A stretch of DNA of 64,000 bases from Amoebophrya sp. A120 (GCA_905178155.1 CAJINV010000009.1:1299907-1363906), one strand, 5' to 3'; shown: positions 11,935 to 26,386, counted from the first letter of the stretch. Made by a program: numbers and translations. The notes: generated by a model not told the origin, from the letters alone.

Positions 11935-13240
11935 CTCGTACACATTCGACGCACCACCTTTCCCGCCCAGCTGAATACACTCCGTCGGCGCCTTCATGCA
12001 ATTATCCTAGCAAAAGGATGCTTCATCTGGCGACAAGACATGATTGTAGGCGGTAGTGTAGTCTCTCATGTACTTAATGCGTGGGGTTCGTTCGAACCAA
12101 ATCCAAGAGAATGCTAGCAGAAATGACGAAAATCGACCCGAAGTGAATGCGACAACTCTCTTTCACGTGTGCAAAATAAAACCTACATTCCATTTGCGAG
12201 GATAACGGTACTGCCCTTGACTTTCGTCCCAGCCGGCCTCGCCCGTCTGGAAGCAGATCTCTGTGTCAGAGTCCAGGTACACGTTCCCGTTCTTCACGCC
12301 CACACCGTTTACCAAGTCCACTTGCTTGCACGTCAGCTTGTTCAGTCGCTCGTACTCGGCCAGCCGCTCCGCCTGGGCCCGGGTCTTGCCGAATACCGCG
12401 GCTTTCATCGCGATGGCTGCCCCGTTGGCACTGGTCATCAGCAAACCCAGCGCGGCAAGGGGGCTCGTGGCGACCTTCATGGACGCGCCCAGGGTCTTGA
12501 AAATCTTGGACACGATGTTCATCTGCACGGCGGCAACCATGCGCAGCCCGTTCGTCATCGACGCCAGGGTTTTGGAGGGTAACGCGGACAGCGGCGCCGC
12601 AAAATCCAACGTCGGCGTTTTAGCCAGGGCGTACTCGTTCGGCGCGCAGCACTTGAACCACTGGCTTGTTGTGGGGAAAAGTACTAGCATAAAGTAGTCC
12701 TCATCAGCGAGCGCCTGGCATGGATGATAGATTACTGCATGAATGATAGATTACTGTAAGCGCCATGCATGGATGATAGATTCAGACAACGATACGGGCA
12801 GAAAAACCCAAAGTGCTCTTGCGCAGTGCCCTAGCTGATGCTCAATCAGCGCGTCGCAGCCGCTTTTCTTGTATATGCATGGAACCACAAAGAAAACCCT
12901 TTATTGTGCTAGAATGACTTTCCCACACGATAATCTTCTCCGTCTTCAAGTATATGTAGCGCAACAGCGGACACGTGCCGTCGTCGCGCAGCATGTCCTG
13001 CTCCAGGATCCGCGTCTTCCATTGCGTCTGTGCTTTGATGCACTGCACGTCGAAAAGCTTACTGTCGTCCTGCTCGCGCTCCGTCCCGTCGGGACCAAAC
13101 ACCGTCTTCGAAGGCGGGCCGGACCGGGGCATCTGGTTACTGCAGTCCAGATAGAAGCTCGTTTTCACGCGATTTCCCAATTCCGGGAACGGGTGCGTCC
13201 GGGGAAGAAGCAGTGAGACCGCATGCGTGTGTACGGCGGC
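11935..13240 (-). CDS. Hypothetical multi-exon Cys-containing protein (outer boundaries uncertain)
   Basis: GC-rich coding-like ORFs 12842..13342 and 12163..12690 join across a TIR intron. A further exon (DNCMKAPTECIQLGGKGG) ends at a GTAAG donor near 11935. Confidence 0.55.
12667..12932. mobile_element. TIR-type non-canonical intron with internal tandem repeats
   Basis: The ends tatcgtgtgggaaagtcattctagcacaataaag and tgttgtggggaaaagtactagcataaag form an inverted pair. There are three internal copies of gcatg(g/a)atgatagatt. Removal joins YLKTEK to WFKCC in frame. Confidence 0.65.
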
Positions 13241-13945
13241 CGTGTACTGCAAAAATTCCGGCAGGGTGGGTAGTTGCTGGATCAGGTCTGAGAGCCCTGT
13301 AGAAGAGGAGGTGGCTCGAAGCGACATGCTGATTTTTCTCATGTATTTGTTCAGTAGAAACGCGAATTCAGGTGTTTCAAGTGCCTTCTACCTGGCACTT
13401 TGTGTTCGGATAGGTTGTTTCAAATTATCCTTGGCGTCATTCTGAATAAGTACATAGGATCGGCGAGTTAGGGATGCAAAGTGAAAATCAGGGCACGAAA
13501 GTTGGCTCTTTGCATCAAGTGTGGTGCTCTAAAAGTACGATGAAAAGCGATTCTGCAACGACAGTGCTCACGATTGGCGATCTTGAACTGCAACGAATTT
13601 GCAGAACTCAATCTCAGCTTTACTATCACGAAGACCGAGTCAAACGCATCACCGATTCGCTATTTCTTCACGTGACGAGTTCAACTTCCAGGCGAGGAAC
13701 TTCAGCGGAAGTTTCATTCCGCGTTGTGAACAGAACGCGACAGCGAGAACGGATTTTCGTTGGATTGAAGACATTCTTTAAACTAGTACCTAGAGTACGA
13801 AACAAAAAAGAGCTCGGCTACGTTGACTTTGTTGTGTTGCTGTTGTGTCATCGATCCGCAAAACCTCGAGTTCGAAACGAAAGTAAGTATTTTATATTAC
13901 TTCTGCAAAACACGGCCAGCCTGTTCCACAACAGGAACATCAACA

Positions 13946-14824
13946 TCAGTTTTTTCTTTGATACAGGGCCACCACTCGCCTGCCCGTTTGCATCCGCAAG
14001 GGTCGTGTACCAAAATTTTCGTGGTCGTAATCGTCCTCTGCTGTGCTACTCTCCTGTGGATGACGCCATCCGAACCACGACTCCAGTGGAGTTACTAGAG
14101 AATCGCGATGCGCCACTGGATCTGATGAGTCGACGTCCTTGTCCAGAAGCCCTCGATCGCAGTCACCGCTCCTGCCGGCACTCTTCCACAACAAGCAGCG
14201 CAAACCCGCAAAAGGAGTGAATGTTGATGCGTTCGGCGTCTCGTCTCCACTCCGATCTCGCGTCGAAGGCGCAGCGCTTGTGTGTCTACTACTTTCTCCC
14301 CTTGCTGAAGTTTGTTCCGTCTTCCTCTCTCCAGCCGATTCTCCCTCCTCCTCCTCTTCTTCTTCGAGCAAGGCCTCGTCGATGAGTTTCGGCAAAGCAA
14401 AGGGGAAGGGGGCCATGGCGCAGTGTCGGATAAACCAGTTGTTCTTCACGGTGCGCTCAGCGGAGTCCGCTGCAAGTTTCGCGCGCTCGATCGCCCGACA
14501 GCACGCCGCGGAGTGGTTGTCCGACTTCCCAACGTCAGTGGGGTGGCACCGCGGACCCGCGCGCAGGTTGATCTCCATGCCCCGCTCGAAGCTGGCCACC
14601 GGACAAATCGCGGGCGCCGCCACGGCGAATTGCGTTCTTCGGTGCGCTGCATTGCTGGAGGCACTGGTCGTAAGCACGGGCTGCGCGGCAGTCGTTAAAC
14701 TCGAAGAAGGGTACGTAAAATCCGTTTCCAATCCCACCGACAACGCAGGATCTCCGACGTGATTATACCCATCCGGAGACGAGCTCAGCAAGTGCTGGCG
14801 TGCGGCTGCAAAGCGGGAAGACAT
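13946..14824 (-). CDS. Hypothetical protein (probable 5' exon)
   Basis: A 292-aa ATG-initiated ORF with an acidic tract, co-oriented with its neighbours; no motif recognised. Confidence 0.45.
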   Translation of the reverse strand: MSSRFAAARQHLLSSSPDGYNHVGDPALSVGLETDFTYPSSSLTTAAQPVLTTSASSNAAHRRTQFAVAAPAICPVASFERGMEINLRAGPRCHPTDVGKSDNHSAACCRAIERAKLAADSAERTVKNNWFIRHCAMAPFPFALPKLIDEALLEEEEEEEGESAGERKTEQTSARGESSRHTSAAPSTRDRSGDETPNASTFTPFAGLRCLLWKSAGRSGDCDRGLLDKDVDSSDPVAHRDSLVTPLESWFGWRHPQESSTAEDDYDHENFGTRPLRMQTGRRVVALYQRKN

Positions 14825-17800
14825 GTTTCTTGATTTTCTTGGAAAAGTGGCGTATAGAGGTAAAGCTCAAGCTGCACGTCAGGGTAGAAAAGTTGGACTG
14901 AAATCAAAGGATTACAACCAACTTAGAGAAGTAAGAAGTATGCATCTTTCTACAGCGAAGTATGGAAGCACGAGCTCGATAGAGCGAATCGATCACTCGG
15001 GGCGAACACGAACACTACTCTGGCAAGCAGTCGCGTCGAAATAATCTCCGGTACGACTAAAACGATACGAAGTGAAAGAGAACAGCGAAAACCCTCGAAA
15101 GCTGCACAGGCGTCGACCACTGCTTTGGCTCCTGGTGCAATCACACTCCGCCCGGGAGTCGTCTGCCTCTGCTTTGCCATTTTCTATATATCAGAACCGT
15201 CTTTGTGTCTGATTCTCTTGCTTTCTTTTCATTTTTGTCCTCGAGTCAATCAAAGTATTCATTCCGCGCTGTTCGTATCCGACACCAGGTAGCAGCTTCG
15301 GATAGGCACACTACGAAGGGATATATCTCCTCGGTGTACAACTAGCTGGAGTTCCAAAAATCTCATGTACATAGGATTCTGAAAATAGCTGCCTCGCTCA
15401 TGGAGAAGCAGTCAAAAATCAGCGGCGCTTGCTCTACCTTCCTGTTATTTCATCCTGTAGTTCCTACTTTTTCTTGTTTCTGGGCTACTCATGACGTAAA
15501 AGTGATTCTCATGATCCTTTTTTGGACTGCTTGTTTATTCCGGTCTGAAGATCCTGACGTACAAAAAAAGAGTGTGGGGGTCGTGGGTACTGGAATTCCT
15601 GTCGCGTTTTTCCTATCCCGTCGGGGTCGGGTGCTGGTGGGAGGCGTAGCGGTCATTCTTACCAAACTTCGCTGCAGAACGCGGCCAGCGACGAATTTAG
15701 TGCTTCTGACTGGACTGATGGGTTTTTGCGTCGCACTTGGGTACGATGCCCTGTACGCCGTCAAGCCGGGTGGCCATGCACTTTTCGACGTTCTTCTTTA
15801 GTGTGTTCACCGCCGTCGTGTTGTCGTAATCCGTGAACCAGACTTCAATTCGGATACCTGAAAAGACAAGCGGGCACTTAGGTTTCATTTCTTTGCAAGG
15901 TATGAAACAAAACTTGCGACCTTCACGAAATTCAAATCTCCGAGGAAAAACCCACCGTGAAGCAAAACTCAGTGGTAGTCCTCCTCATAAAATCTATACC
16001 GTTTGCTTGTCTTGGTCCGGAGAGCTTGTCGACCAGGCGCACCCCCGTGATCATATCTACTGGCTCGATCGTTCCCCCAATCATTCCCAACACTAGATTG
16101 TTCCAGTACTCGTCTATTTGGCCACCGCCTGATGCTGGCTTCAGCTGTATTTTTCATCATAATGCATCAGCTAAATGTAATCTTTACCGGCCGCTGGTGG
16201 CAATCTAGTAAAAAAAAGGATGAAGTGCACGGTTTTATTAGGGAGAGGGACAGCAAGAACTTGTTTCCGCAAAACTATGTATCCTCCACCATAGTACCTG
16301 AAATTGAAAGTGGCCACCGCTCGCGTTCAGCTTGTCCTCCCACTCTGGTCGGATGCCGTCACGGAATATCATAATCGCGTCGATCACGTGCAGGCCATCC
16401 GGCTGCTCTCGTACCTGTAAAACGAACCCCGAAGAAATTTGATTCGTGTGACTCGAGAAAACAGGATATAATCCTCAAAAACACCAACACCGCCTGCGAA
16501 GTAGTACGTACGCACCAAGAGTGTGGTGACAGCAAACTGTAAAGAAAAGGGATATGTTGGATCAACGAAAAGTTGTGCTAGCTATACCATTCTCTTCTGG
16601 TCCAGTAGTTCTGATGGCTGTGGCATGTGGTTCCAAAGCTTCCAGAAGTCTTGTACCGTCCCGAACGGCGCTACTTTGTGCGTTGCGTCTGAGTACCTAT
16701 TGTTTCGCGCGCATGGATATCGTTCTTTCCTTCGTTAATGCGATCCAACTATGTGAGGGAAAAAATGGCAGAGTTACTGCTCTAATTAAAAATATGCATA
16801 GGACGGAAAGTCTGCAACAGATAATTGAAAAACGCTCTGTTACTGTGCCGCTTTGCCGTCTGAGGCCTGCATTATTTGTTCCCAGATTACCCACGTGTAT
16901 TTGAGCGGTAGTTCTTTTCGCAGAACGTCTTCTGCCTCCACATCGTCGCCCTGGTGATACTCCAATGCCGACGCATTGTGTGGGTTGAAACTCAAAAACG
17001 CCATTTTCACTTCTTGACAGACACAAAGAACGAGTACTATGTATCTACGGACTATCTGTAGTTTCCGTGATACTTCCTGCCCAGGAATCGACAGATCTCT
17101 TGCCGTTGGAAAAACACGGCAAGAGCTAGAAATATAGTGCTGATTTTTTTCGGTGTCTTTGTTAACGTTAAAATTGAAGAAAACTCAGAAGTTTGCGGTG
17201 TTGCTGTATATTTGTTGATTTTCTTACAGTGGACCAACTTCCATTCAACTACTGATAAGCGATTACAAGCGTGCTTCCTCAGAAAATCACTCAATACCGG
17301 GTTTGTATCTATGGCGAACTTGCATTTGAGCCACACTGAGTTGCACCCAAAGTGCAGGGGCTCCGTGATTCTTTTCTCATACTCAGCCACAGCACTTGAT
17401 GGCGATTCGTGCTTTTTGGCGTACTTAGTTGATGTATATATCTGTCGTACTGAACTAGGTGGTCTGGCAATATTTCTGGAGAACGGCATTTGTTGAGCTG
17501 CGGACTGTTGATTGAGAAGTCCGTCAAGGATCGGTTTGTAGAGCTTAGAGATCCTAGCGGGCTCGCGAAAAAGCTCGCAGCTTTTTTTCCATGCGTGAAA
17601 ACTGAGCGAGGCACACAGGCTGAAGACGCTTTTATTTATTGTAGACGCTCCCGTAAAGAAGGTTTTTGGATTTTGATGGCGCTGGCGGGGGATCGGGATG
17701 GTGAACTTCACCGGAGCATCGGCAAACCGGTCGATCACGGGAAACTTCCTCTGCGTAGAATTCGCTTGGATCTGGGGGCTTGGCAGATGCTAAGCCTACT

Positions 17801-19474
17801 GAATCCGAACAGCATCATCTTTGAAGAGCTGTGTGTTGCCGGACCGTCATCATCGTACGGTGGCCGTGCGTGCTGACAAGCCGCTCCTTCAGAGCGCAGC
17901 CCGCAGCCACGCTTCGCATCACCATCGAACAAAAACACGTGACAAGTCAACAAACGTGCCAAGGTCACACCGCAAGCAGCAAAGGGCGCACAAGCATAGG
18001 CACCCCTGCGCAACGAAGCAGTGCGCGAGTCGCGCATCGCTGCCGTAGCGACAACGACGCCCGACCGGGAGAAGGGGACGCCACAGCGAAAACTGCATCA
18101 GAGGGCCGGGCGTCGTTGGCCTCCGCGTGTCGTGCGTGGGCGCGCGCCGCCACGGATGGCGCTGCGATCGCGACGGGCGGCGCCAGCGCCGCACAGGGCC
18201 GAAAGCCTTCGGATAGCCTGGGCAGCAGGAAGACGGGGCGCAAGCTACTGCCATAAGTGCCGCCCTCTCCATCGTCTCGACGCTACGCAGCCAGAGCTCC
18301 GGGCGTCGCCGTCGCCGCTCTTGCGTTTTCCGATTGATGGCGGCGAGATCGCTCTCATGCGTCAAATAGCTCGCCCCGCCCAGTCCGTGCGCCAAATAGC
18401 CCGCCGGGCAGTGATACAGTCCCCGCTCGAGGCGACGGCTGATCTATATAGGGGCCCGCTGGATTGCCCACGACTGACGGCCAAGACCACTGATCCGATG
18501 ACTGACGCTGCAGACGCACCTCAACGCTGCGGCCAGGCGCTCGTTGGTACTCGAGTACTAGGCAAATCTAATAACTCTGATGTCAGCTTTTCGGCTACCA
18601 GGCATCCAAGCAATAGATACTGAGGTCTCACAAAGAAGTACAGAGCGATTCCACAACGAGTTGGAACGCACCGCTGTGTAGCGAGCCCTATTTTGGATGG
18701 TAGAAGCGCCTACAGAAACTGCGCTAAACGCTTTCTCTGTTTGTCTCTCGACGCCGGTCCCGTCCAGCAACCGCTCGTATCAGCAACGCAATCAGTCATA
18801 GCAGTTCAACTAGTATTGAGTCGGTGCTATGCAAAGTAAGGTGCTGTCGCTCCAACGAACGCATCAAACATAGTAAGCGCAGCATATTAATTGTGGCGGA
18901 CTCCTCCGGCCCGAAGAGTTAACGCTCATCCTCCTTTCCACTTTCACGGCGAGACACCATGGCTCTGTCTTGTCATAGCAGAAATCCGACAGTGCTCCGA
19001 TGAGCGAACACACGCTCCGCTACCTCATCGCAGCACGTGTCACGCTCCAGAAAACGTGACCAGGTAGTAACTTTCAGACTTGTCGATCTTGCTCATGGGT
19101 TCAAAAGTGTCGCAGCTTTCCTTTCTGTCTTGCAGACTTATGACATGCGATTTTTCGAAACAAGAAGCAAAAGGAAGACGATACTCTGTCTGAGAAAAGC
19201 GAAAAACTCAAATCGTTTGACTTGTCCAAGTAGGTACACGTCCGGTGTATTGAAGGAGCAGTTTACTAGTAGGTGCTTGCAGCTACATGTGGTTCATGTG
19301 GCTCGTTTTGATGGAGAACTTCCATATTTGTGGATACTAAAACCCGCAACAATTATACAATTTTTTGGAAAACAAACATCATACAAGAAAAACACTGCTC
19401 GTCCAACTCAACAACTCGCCTCTTAAGACACCTCACGCTGCGTCTTCCGCCCCTTCCTGTGGCTCCACGTTGGG

Positions 19475-21405
19475 TTAGTTTACCAAAGGATGCCCCCAGC
19501 TCGTAGCGCCATTATCTATGTTCCAAAACGCAGGGGTTTTTGGGTCTTCTTTGGGAAAAAACCCGACCCATCCAGGCACCAACCAGGTGCATGGCGGTCG
19601 CTGAGAGGTTGTGTAGCCCGTGCGGGTCTCGCGGTACCTGAGGAGCCGCTTACCGTCCTGGTTTTCGGGTACGAACGTCTCCCAGGGCGAGACAACGGGC
19701 GCCTGGCCCAGCTTCTCCACCAGTTGATCCTCTGATAGGGGGATGACGCCGTGCGAACGTGCATATGCATCCTCTTCCCGAACGACCCGTGGCGGCGGCG
19801 AGGGAGCAGCGGGGGTCGCTTTTCTATCCTGACGCTTCCGCGCCGGCGGGGACGGTGATGGACCGCTGGAGCTAACCCGTCTGCTTCCCTGCTCCGCATC
19901 CGAAGGCGTCCGCACCACAGATTCCCGTGCCCCGGGGGACGGCGGCTCGGGCGACTCGGAGTACTCGAAGGAACTCGTCCCTGTCTTCACATTATCGTTA
20001 GTGGGAGCATCTACCTGGGGACGCGCGGCTCGTGGTGAAGATGCCGGTCGGGCGGTGTCTCGTTCACGCGGAGAAAAGTGCATGGGGCGCGGAAACTTTT
20101 TTTTTACTTCGTCTTTAATCCACTTTTCCATATCCTGCTCCATAGAATCCCTCTTGAGCGCCATGTTCGCCGTATGCACGTACACGTTGTCGTTGAGCTC
20201 CTTGATCTTGTTGAAGAAATCGTCCTTGAAAGTCGCGGCCTCGTCCGGCTTTAGGCGCCCCCCAGGACGGCTCATGTTGAACAGGCCTGATTCGGGATTA
20301 AAATGCGATATCAGCATGCGGCTGAAATGTTCTTCGGCAATACGATGGAAAAACCATCATCAGTCTGGCCTTATCTGAAATGAGAACTCCCTGAAAAAAT
20401 AACACTCACCGTGGTTTAAGACCGACTTGCTCAGGCGCCAAGCCCCCTTTTCCCATTCGAGCACGCCCCACGACCTCCTTCCGTTTCCCCCGTTGGTCAA
20501 CAAGTTCCGTTCGCTCGTAATAAAGTTCGCTGTCCGATAATCCAACTGCGATCTCCGTTGCGGCAACTCCGCTACAAATTTCGCTGCGACTGCGTCCAGT
20601 TTGGCGAGAAAAGGTTCGTGGGGACCCCGCGGGTCCGCGTCTTTATAATCAGTGTTGTGCTTTTCCAGCACCGGGAGGAAGATTTGGAGCCAATCTTGCA
20701 GCTCTTCCGAAAACATGAAGCGGGAGAAGCCCTCGTGCTTCCACTTGCTCGGCCAACAACCTGAGATTGATTTTGCAGCGGCAGGTATGACTTGGGAAAC
20801 AGAACGCCGCGGCTCAGCATGTGAAAACCAAAACATCACAGTATGTGCAAAATACCGCGTTTCAGCATTGCCTCGGCTACTTTTCCACCCAATAATCGGT
20901 CCTCATAGAGCGCGTTCTTGAGCCTCGTCAGCTGCGGAGATTGGTATGTTTCAAACTCTTTTATGACTGCATCGATAAACAAAACCATCCGCCTTTTTCT
21001 TCTCCGCCAGTCCCTGAACCTCGCCGTCCATGTGGACTCTTCGAAAAAACCGTCTTCTGAATGCCGCGTAACTTCCAGAATATCGAGCACGTCCCTCTCT
21101 GAGTCTATGCAGGTATTGCGAGCCTTTCCGGTCGGGACGTGTCCTGTTTTGTTCATTCAAAGAACCAAATATCAAACCTGAAGAAAAGTCGAAAGGAGCT
21201 GCGCGCCAGTTCGGAGCATCAAACAGAAATAGAGCAGTTTACCCTCCGTGTCCAATGTATGAATCCGCGCGTCGACTTCGCGTTGAGTTTCTCCGTCGTG
21301 TACAGCCTTAGCAATTTTCGCGAGTTCAGCGTCAGCCTTATCCCATTTCAGGGCGCGAATCTTCGACCGGATAGATATGAAAGTGAGTGCTGCCTCGGGA
21401 TTCAT
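19475..21405 (-). CDS. Multi-exon protein with C-terminal WW-like domain(s)
   Basis: LVPGWVGFFPKEDPKTPAFWNIDNGATSWGHP fits the WW pattern, and SPWETF...RYRETRTGYTTSQRP is a degenerate second copy. Abutting ORFs at 20360-21405 are probable upstream exons (GTGAGT donor near 20409). Confidence 0.55.
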
Positions 21406-24400
21406 CCTCGGGGGAAGTATCTATTAACACCATGACAAGCCGATTTTCGACCTCGGGGAGTACACGCGACCGCGAGGCATGACAAGAAAGACACAATACA
21501 ATTCTTTCGAACAGAAAGAGTCAGCACCGAGACAACTGGTCCAGCGAGGAGAGGACAAAGAGGCTCACGTCACTGGAATAGACCTCTCTAGCGCTCCGTT
21601 CGTCATTGTTGTAAGGGCCGGTTGGTCCTACATCCATACAGCGAAAAGAATGTAGTGACTGAGGCTAGTATCAAACAATAGAGATACCGCACGATGTAGT
21701 AAAACCTAAAGACTCATCGTCTGGAAATCGAAATGGTAAACGTACGTCACAACGAGTTGGACAGCATCGATCTACAGTGCCCTCTCTTTTCGAAAGTGAG
21801 CATACCCGTCGAAATTCCCCTCATCGGTTTTCTTGTTTCTCTCATCAGCAATGCAGTCCAGCAACCGCACACCGCAGCAGCACTCCCACTCGCATCATTC
21901 CAACTCGATTGGAAGCATTGTCAAATTGAGACCACAATGGTCGTTTACCGAACGAACACAAAGCGCGACCCCGCGAAACGTGTCCGAGGGTGTAGAGCCC
22001 CATCGAAGCGAGTTGAAACCTCCTGCGATCGGACGCCTTATTTGTCTAGGCGCCATCTGTCTCAGCATCTGTGTTGCATCCGCCAGCACGGTCTCTGATG
22101 ACACAGTAGACGCGTGGACTTGAATAAGTAGATTGACACTTGGAGCAAAAAGCGCGCTCGCTTTTGCAACTCGAGGCAAAACAACTTTCGCAGCGAAGCT
22201 AACCCGCAGCGTCTCTGTTAACGTGCCGCGGGCGACCGCGAGAGACCGGCGCTTGCGGGTACGAGGAACACGGGCGGAAAGGGCCGGACGCGGAGCGGCG
22301 CAGCAGGCCGGCCCTCATCAAGGGCCGCCCACCGCGGAATGTCGCAACGACCGCGAAAGCCGGCGGACGAGGGGCGCTGCAACAACCGCGGGGTGCGGCG
22401 GTCGCGCAGCGCCGCTCCGGCTGCGCAGGCCCGGAGTGCCGCAAAAACCGCGAAGACCCGAGCTCGCGGAGTCTGTGCTTGCGTTCTAGAGTGGCACGAT
22501 CACGCGACGCCCTTGTGTGCGGGAAGCCAATTCGTGCCTTATGTCGTAGTAGCTTTTTGCGTTTTTCGTTGCTGCAACAACACGGCAACAAAACGCCCAG
22601 GAAGCAGACGCCGACTGGAAGTGACTACGTATGCGAAAGCGTAGGACACCTCTGGCACGCTTGCGAGTCGAGCGCCACAGATGTGCAACGAGCTCTATTT
22701 CCGGCATCCCTCCTGCTTATGCTCACAACTGACGCTCTGTTCTTTGTTTCGACGATTTTCACGGCAGAAGCCCGCAATTGCGATCGTGCCATACTCGGTA
22801 GCATGATTGTGAAACGTAGCGCACTGAACCGCAAGCAGACCGCTTTCCGATTCGATGGGGACACGGCGAAGCCTCGCTCAACGTTTTCGCTATTGTGAAC
22901 CCCACCCAAGAATATTGAAACACGAACATCATACGACTTCTCGCATCATTTGCCCAGACGCGATCGCAACAAATTTGATTACAGCAATCAAGTGAGCGGC
23001 GACCGTCGCGGGGAGGAGGCGTTCGCGATACATTTGAAGGTAAGTCGCAGTAGCGGCCGCGGAGACCGGATGCTGCGGAGCGCTGACGCAAGCACGGAGA
23101 CTGGCAACCGCGATGCCCGAAAGCGCCGGCCGCGCACCCGGCGGAGCTTGCTTTCTCCTCGCCAGCCGGATGTGCTTCGGCTCGTGTCCGGATGCCATCA
23201 GCCCCGGGCGAAGACGAAGAAGAGGACCCGAGCGCAGAGGCCTTCGCTCCTTGTTATTGCGCGAGCGCTCTCTGCTGCAAAGCGAAAGAAGCGACAGCGA
23301 CCGTGGGGCCACGCACCCGGGGCTTTGGCCGCGACGCGCGGCAGAAGGCGCGGGGACGGGCGGCCGCGGAGAGCCGGGACGACCGAGATGTCGGGCGGCT
23401 GCGTGGTGCCGCAACAACCACGGGCAGGCGCGAAGCGCTGCGGCGAGCGCGGGACCTGGCCGAGGCCACCGCGAGGCGCGGCAATAAATTGCGAAGCGCG
23501 GCGGCGGCCCCGGGGCGCCGCCAAAGGCGGCGGGCGCGGCAAAAATCGCGGCAAACGGCGGCACCGTAGCGCCGCCACAAGCCCAAAGACCGCCGGTCGC
23601 GGGGGCGCGCAGGAATCGGGGTGGCCAACAGTCGCGGGGCGCCGCAGGAACCGTAGGCGCCGGCGGTCGCGGCGCGCCGCAGCACCCGGAGACCAGCTGC
23701 AGCGCCGCGCCGGAGTAGCCGCAAAGACCGGCGTCCTTCAAGCGTCGCAGCAAAAGCAGGGGCCCGCGGTTATCGAGCGCTGCCGGAAGCGCGGAGAGCC
23801 CCCCCCGGGGAAGCCTCTCCCGGGGTGGGAACCGGTGATCGCCGCGCGCCGGCGGTCACGGAGCGCTGCTGCGACCGCAAACCGCGAAGGTTAGAGGTCG
23901 CTGGAACGGCCGCGGGCCACCGTTGTTGTGAGGGCGACAAGGGCGCGGGATATGGCGGCCCCGAAGCGCGGAAAAGGCCGCGGAGGCCGGCGCCGGTGGG
24001 GCGCGGTGGAGGCCGGCGCCGGTGGGGCGCGGCAGGGCCTCCATCGAGCAGCGGGGCGCCACTTTGGCGCAATTGCCGACGGCGGCAGAGCGGCACAAAA
24101 GCCGCGGGCCGCCGCAGCGGCCGCGCCCGCGGAGACCGGGGAAGCAGAGGCGCGAAGGCGTCCGCGGTTGCAAAATACCTCCGGACCTTGGATAAGTGGC
24201 CGGAGTATGGTGCGGCCGCGATCTTTACGGGGCCACGCGGACGCGTAACGCTATTCCGGCAGCCGTGATCCGCGGTCGCCGGCCATCGCGAAAAGCGTGC
24301 GGCCTGGGAGTACTGCCCCACAGCCTGGGCTGTGGGAAATGGTGGCCAAAAAAGGTGGCTGATTGGGCATGGGGCTGGGGCCTCATGGTGCCTAAAGAGA

Positions 24401-26386
24401 AGCGCTGCACTTAACAGGTTCCAATAGGTTCCAGATGGGCTCCATATCCACAAACGATCTAGAAGGAAATACCATCCCAGGCCATGTGATGCTACTTTGC
24501 TGACTTTTGGAAGAATGCGCCAACAAAGTTGCAGCGTGTAACCTACCAAATATAGCCGCCGGGGCGGGGGTAGTGAGGTCGTGGGCGTTTTTTTGCCGGC
24601 CGCAGCCTTGGCCGCGGCTTTGCTTTTTATAGGCTCGCCATACCACCGTGAGTAACGTTATGCCGCACGGTATGGCGGCCACTTGGGAAACGTCGCAAAT
24701 TTTGGCACATTTCCAAAATTCCTATCCGAAAGCCAGCCCCGATGCTATGGGGCCGATCCGGGTGCCACGGGGGGCGCCCAAAAAGCGAAGAAAAGCCGGG
24801 CCCTTAGCATGCGGGTTGGCTTTGCGCGTCTGGTGCGCTTTTTATTTTTCGCGTTTCTATTTTTCACGCCGGCGCTTTTTGCAAAGCTTCCCAGGCTCTA
24901 AAACCGGCGAAAAGGCGCCCGCTTTCGCGGCCGCCCAAAATGCTCCGAAATCGCGGCCGTGCCATGCTGTTTCGCTGTTCTGATTTTGGACGCGTTTTCT
25001 GCGCGCCCCTTTCTGGGCGCCCCAAATCGCCAGAAACTAAGGCGGTGGGCGCCTCAGAAGGGCGCCCCTTTTGCCGGCTCCCCTGCGTCGTTTTATCAAG
25101 TGCGAGTCGATAGCTTTCGACCGGGCTTGTTTGATAACAAAGCCCCGGCCGCTTGATAATTGAAAATGTTTTATGTCAAAAAACGCTTCCGGCCGCTTGA
25201 AGACTGCCGGTCGTTTTTCACGGGAGGTGTCAAAAAAAGTCCCTGGCTAGAGCCGTTCGGTGACCTCGCTACATACTATGGAGCGACCAGCTCAGGTCAT
25301 GGTGTCAGAAACGGGTTAAAACTGGTCATCGAACAATTCCGAGAAATCCGCAACTGAACGCTCTCCTCAACGACGGACGAGTTCACCGAAAGTAGACGAC
25401 TTATTTGAGCGTCTGCAACGACATACGATTGGCAACAAGTAATGTGCGATTTAAATGTCTTCCTACGATAAAACCGACACGTCAGACCAGATTAAACCGA
25501 TTCTTCTTAAAAACCGTGATGTTATGAAAACACGAACTGGAGATAAGTCTCCGTTCGTCCTTACCCAGAAGGAGATCAACAGAGAGCCGATCGAGAGTGC
25601 GAAGCAAGGTTATTTTTTGTGTTTTTTTGGTTTTTAAGTGTTTTTTACTTTTTTCAGTTTTTTTATTCAGAAATTAGTTCTAGAAGTCGAGTTAAGACAG
25701 ACAAACAAGGCCGTTGTCGTCTTCACGAAAATCTCTTCTACTGTTTTTGATTAAAATGAGAGATTTTTTCTGTCCGCATGAATGTCGTGTTGCCTTCCTC
25801 GAAAACTTCCAACAAAAAATTGGCTGTGGGGCGACAGCAAAAAAGAGAGATATAAAAATTCAAGATTGTACCCGATGATCGTGCGAAACAAAAAGATGAA
25901 TGAGTTTTTTTATTAAACTGTCTTTTATAGGTCTTGTTACTTGTGTGTCCCAGTGTTCTTCTTATTGCCAAAAAACAAGTATTGACAATCCAGTCTTCAC
26001 CGATGAATATTTGACAGTTTTAATTCTTTGCTTTTTCCAATAAGTTGTTCTTCAGCAAAAAAACTTTACCGAGGAATTTGAAATTGATGGATCACTTAGC
26101 ATCCTACGTCTCAGTAGATGCAAGCGCGTATTGCTTTGGTTCTGGAAAAAACGTCTTTTCTGAAACAGCGATTTTCATCTATTGAATGAGAAGTACTACC
26201 CATTTGATATAAAAGGATGTGATAGTTATACTCACGTTCTAATCTGAAGATAATTCGAATATCTTTCTTCGGATAATCATCTCCTTTTCACATCTCTTCA
26301 ATCCCGTCTTTTCGCGACTACTGCTGGATTCTTCTGATGTTATTCCGGATGATTCTATTCTGCCTTGCTGGTAACGAATTGTTCTT

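Noticed and set aside
15400-17876. Several 100-228-aa ORFs
   Set aside because: They show no motifs, coding-like composition or consistent exon structure that I could support.
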